Positions 61,034-64,000 of a DNA stretch of 64,000 nt are shown here, in pieces. Each line of letters starts with the position of its first letter. Within the stretch, counting starts at the first letter, position 1. The translations under genes and the position numbers were made by a program. Below the pieces are notes generated by a model. It saw only the letters and a program-made list of their open reading frames with translations. It was not told the origin of the DNA and did no database searches. This stretch comes from Camelus dromedarius (taxonomy: Eukaryota): the NCBI RefSeq assembly GCF_036321535.1, contig NC_087436.1, positions 6,696,001-6,760,000 on the forward strand, in the 5' to 3' direction.

Positions 61034-61234
61034 CACCCCGTGCTGGACGAGCCCATCGCCGAGGCCGTCTGCATCGTCGCTGACACGGAGAAGTGGAGCG
61101 TCCAGGTGGCCACGAGCCAGAGGAAGGTGGTGGACGACTCGAAACTCGGCCAGGAGGTCCTTGTATCCAGCCAGGTGTCCAGCCTGCTCCAGTCCATCCT
61201 GCAGCTGTACAAGCTGCACCTCCCTGCCGACTTC
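61034..61234 (+). CDS. FNIP2: FNIP2 coding exon 15 (201 nt)
   Basis: cttcccccgcag|CAC...GAC TTC|gtaagt; [67 protein letters not shown]. Confidence 0.96.
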
Positions 61235-62696
61235 GTAAGTATGGCCAGAGGACACGGCCCTTGGTATGGTGACTGTGCAGCCCGAGCTCCCGTGGACTGC
61301 TTGTGCCATAATTGGAGGTTAGATCAGTGGAATCAGACCTGCGACGGAAGAGCGGCACAAGGGTAGATCTCAGTCTCAGTGGCTCTCCCGTGAGACAGGG
61401 GATGTGGAACCACACACAGCTTTCTGAACAAGTTCTGTAGAAAAGTAAGTAAGGTGTAGAGGCAGGGACCACACAGAAAGGGAGATTGAAAATCCTCCTC
61501 CGGAGAACTCACTGGTTTTCCTTTTATTCCATCCATGCCAAGCAAGCTGGTTTCTGAAGGGACCGCAGTCCCGTGTGTTTGGGGACTGTCCTCCCCAGGT
61601 TGTTACAGATAAAATAGGATATGGTCTGTGTCAACACTGAAAATGGGGACGCACCAGACCCACAGAAGATGGTAGCAATCATTCCTTGTCAAATGGGATT
61701 TTAAATCATTTTGGTAACATTACATTAAATACAAGCAGCAGGCAGCGCCCAGCATCTCCTAGAAAATGATGACAGCTCTGCTGGAATAATATGCAAAAGA
61801 AATCCATGAGTGCGTGTGTGTGCAGAGACTGAGGGAAAATGTACTTAGAGAGGGAGGGAGGGAGGTTTCCAAAGCAGGAAGCAGCTGAAGGGCGCGCGCC
61901 CTGGGAGAGCCCGCGGGCTGGAGCAGATGCAGGTGGGTGAGCGAGCATCCCCGTCCGCCCGCCCTCCCTCTGCTCAATGCTGCTCTCTGCGCTTCTGCCC
62001 CAAACCACACAGCCGTCACTTCCCTTCCGGCCGCCACAAAAGATGCAGCGCTATCGCCCACGGAGTAGGAAGCGGAACATTAGCTACCTGCACCCGCCAC
62101 TTACGGAGCAGTGATTTTCATGAGCTCCTGTGACCGAACCTCCAATCACACCACATTCTGCAGGAAGTCAGGGCTTCTCTGTCCTGGAAGAAGGAGCCCT
62201 GAGACACCGTCCGGCTGTCTTCGGAGGTGGCAGTGCGACATCACAGGGACACCGCTGGACGTAACTGGGGTAACGTCCAGGCTCTGCCACTGCCTCGTTG
62301 GCGGGCGACCTTGAGATCTCAGAACCTCAGCCTTGTCATCTGTAAAGTAAAGACGGTGCCTGTTCGACAAGCGTGTTTTGAGACTCCTCTGAAAACACTG
62401 CCCATGAGAGGTGCCTTAACCGCCAGTGGACACTCGTGGCCAGTCCTTTCAGGGCCAGTGGCCCGGCCTCGTGGCCCAGCCCCACTGCCTCCTAACCGTG
62501 TGCCTTGTCAGAGCTGAAGCTGGGGGAGCGACAGAACCCGTCTCGTGTGGTGACGAAAATGAAGTCAGGTGGTTCAGGGAAGCCCTTGCAGTAATTGTTA
62601 CAGATGTTTTAAGCTCTCAAGAAACATTACCGTTGGTGCCACTGTTGGAAACCATTGGTTCTCTCAAGCAATATTCGTGGCTCTGAAGACCGACAC

Positions 62697-62857
62697 CACC
62701 GCTTCACGGGAACATTTATTTGGGCCTGAGCAGCGGGGGTGAGGGACGCAGGAGGCTCCTGTGGGTCTTACAGCCTCATACTTTGTTCTACATTTGTAGA
62801 CAGCTTTCCTTTGTAGTAGCAAGTTGCTTCCTGCCGACTTGGAGGCTGAAATCTTTT
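62697..62857 (-). other. Candidate terminal exon of a convergent antisense gene (probably the C4orf45/SPMIP2 orthologue)
   Basis: Minus-strand acceptor AATCTCTTGCTCCTCTCTTATAG|AAAAGA (AG at 62859-62858), AATAAA at 62720-62715, then a GT-rich stretch; the 3' end coordinate is approximate and gene identity rests on recalled human synteny only. Confidence 0.5.
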
Positions 62858-63199
62858 CTATAAGAGAGGAGCAAGAGATTTGATTTTACAAATTTTTACT
62901 GTTACAAGTATTTACAAAAACTTTTATGTTGTAGTCTATGACATATCTCTTGTTAGATTTGACATCTTAGTTATCCCAGTGATCAGTTCCCATAGCTAAT
63001 TCTTCCTCCTCCATTTGGGTGGAAGTTACGTTTAAGTTAAGAGTGACCGACTTAACCTGACAACATCACCATCAAAGGAAATTTAACCCACAGTTTAAAA
63101 TTCTTCGTAAAAATCACTTGAATGAAACACTTGACTAAATGCCTGTTAGTTCCCTCAGTATGAGAAGAGAAAGTCGCTATTTAAAATTTCAGAAGTTAA

Positions 63200-63241
63200 A
63201 ATTGAAGAAATCCATCTCAGAATTGAAGAAATCCATCTCAG
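63200..63241. repeat. Perfect 21-bp tandem duplication
   Basis: AATTGAAGAAATCCATCTCAG x2. Confidence 0.95.
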
Positions 63242-64000
63242 AAAGGGAAGGGGGATCCCCAAACAGTTCTGTTTCATAATCAGGCTTTTACAAAGTGCTT
63301 TGAGTTCAAGTTCCGTGTCCACTCTGTGTAACCCGGTGTTGTCTTCATTTCCACGTGGCAACACCCAGTTTTCCGGGGGACCACGAAAACACCGTGAACG
63401 AGCTATTTTAAGACATAAAGGACTCAGCATAATGTGAATGTTCTCTTTCGTATTTTGTAACACTTAGTAAACCTTTGCATTTGCTCCGTTAGGAACTGAA
63501 ACGTAACAGGACACCTTTCAGCACTGGACTTGGTTTACCTGGGGGGACGTGTCTGTGAGAATGGCTGCGGCCCTCCTTGCTTTGATTATTACTCTCACTT
63601 GCTCACCGGTTGTGCTCCAGCCACCCTGCACGGCACATTGAAGAATTTAAGCCAGTGAGAAACGGAAAAGATGGCATCTCTCATGGGATGCTTTTTCCAT
63701 CACTGATCCGCCCAGATGGTCAAGATCAACATTTTTAAATGCATCTGTTAATCTTTTTACCTTGAAAACAGCAGGCATAATGATCTACAAGAAAATCACG
63801 TCTGATGGAGTTAGCCGTCCCGGAGCCATCAGGTGCCTGGATAGCTCTGCCTGCCAAACCCAAAAGCATTTGCCTCTGGTGCAAGACACAGATGGTGGCT
63901 GCTCACTAAAAAATGAAGCTGGACACAATTCCAAGCGTAGAGACGTCCTGGAAATAACTGACCTTTCTTTACTGTCATCAAAGACCTACTTAAAGTACAT

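Larger units (their letters stand above)
16967..61234 (+). other. FNIP2: FNIP2 gene body, partial (coding exons ~2-15; first and last exons outside the window)
   Basis: Spliced exons give one continuous reading frame matching FNIP2 motifs: [107 protein letters not shown]. Segments such as [13 protein letters not shown] and [15 protein letters not shown] favour FNIP2 over FNIP1. Confidence 0.97.

Noticed and set aside
63155..63463. 102-aa minus-strand ORF near the right end
   Set aside because: No recognisable homology, includes the 21-bp duplication, and lies in the presumed intron upstream of the antisense acceptor at 62857.

Overview
Mammalian genomic DNA, most likely camelid given nine copies of a tRNA-derived SINE resembling Vic-1. 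The window covers the interior of FNIP2 (folliculin-interacting protein 2) on the + strand. I can place 14 constitutive coding exons (equivalent to human exons 2-15, numbering inferred), all GT-AG and phase-consistent, 2875 nt in total, plus a 90-nt in-frame cassette exon. Exon 1 and the last coding exons lie outside the window. Introns hold SINEs, L1 fragments, MIR/L2, a MaLR LTR, MER20, MER58 and a fossil hAT transposase. I found no prokaryote-type or wholly novel system. The best leads are: (1) a tight MiT/TFE E-box and M-box cluster in intron 2; (2) the cassette exon carrying an [12 protein letters not shown]-type motif; (3) an antisense terminal exon with AATAAA nested downstream of exon 15, probably C4orf45/SPMIP2; (4) a strong GC-ward shift and remodelling of the FNIP2 protein. 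Comparisons to human FNIP1/FNIP2 are from memory, not from an alignment, and repeat boundaries and family names are approximate.
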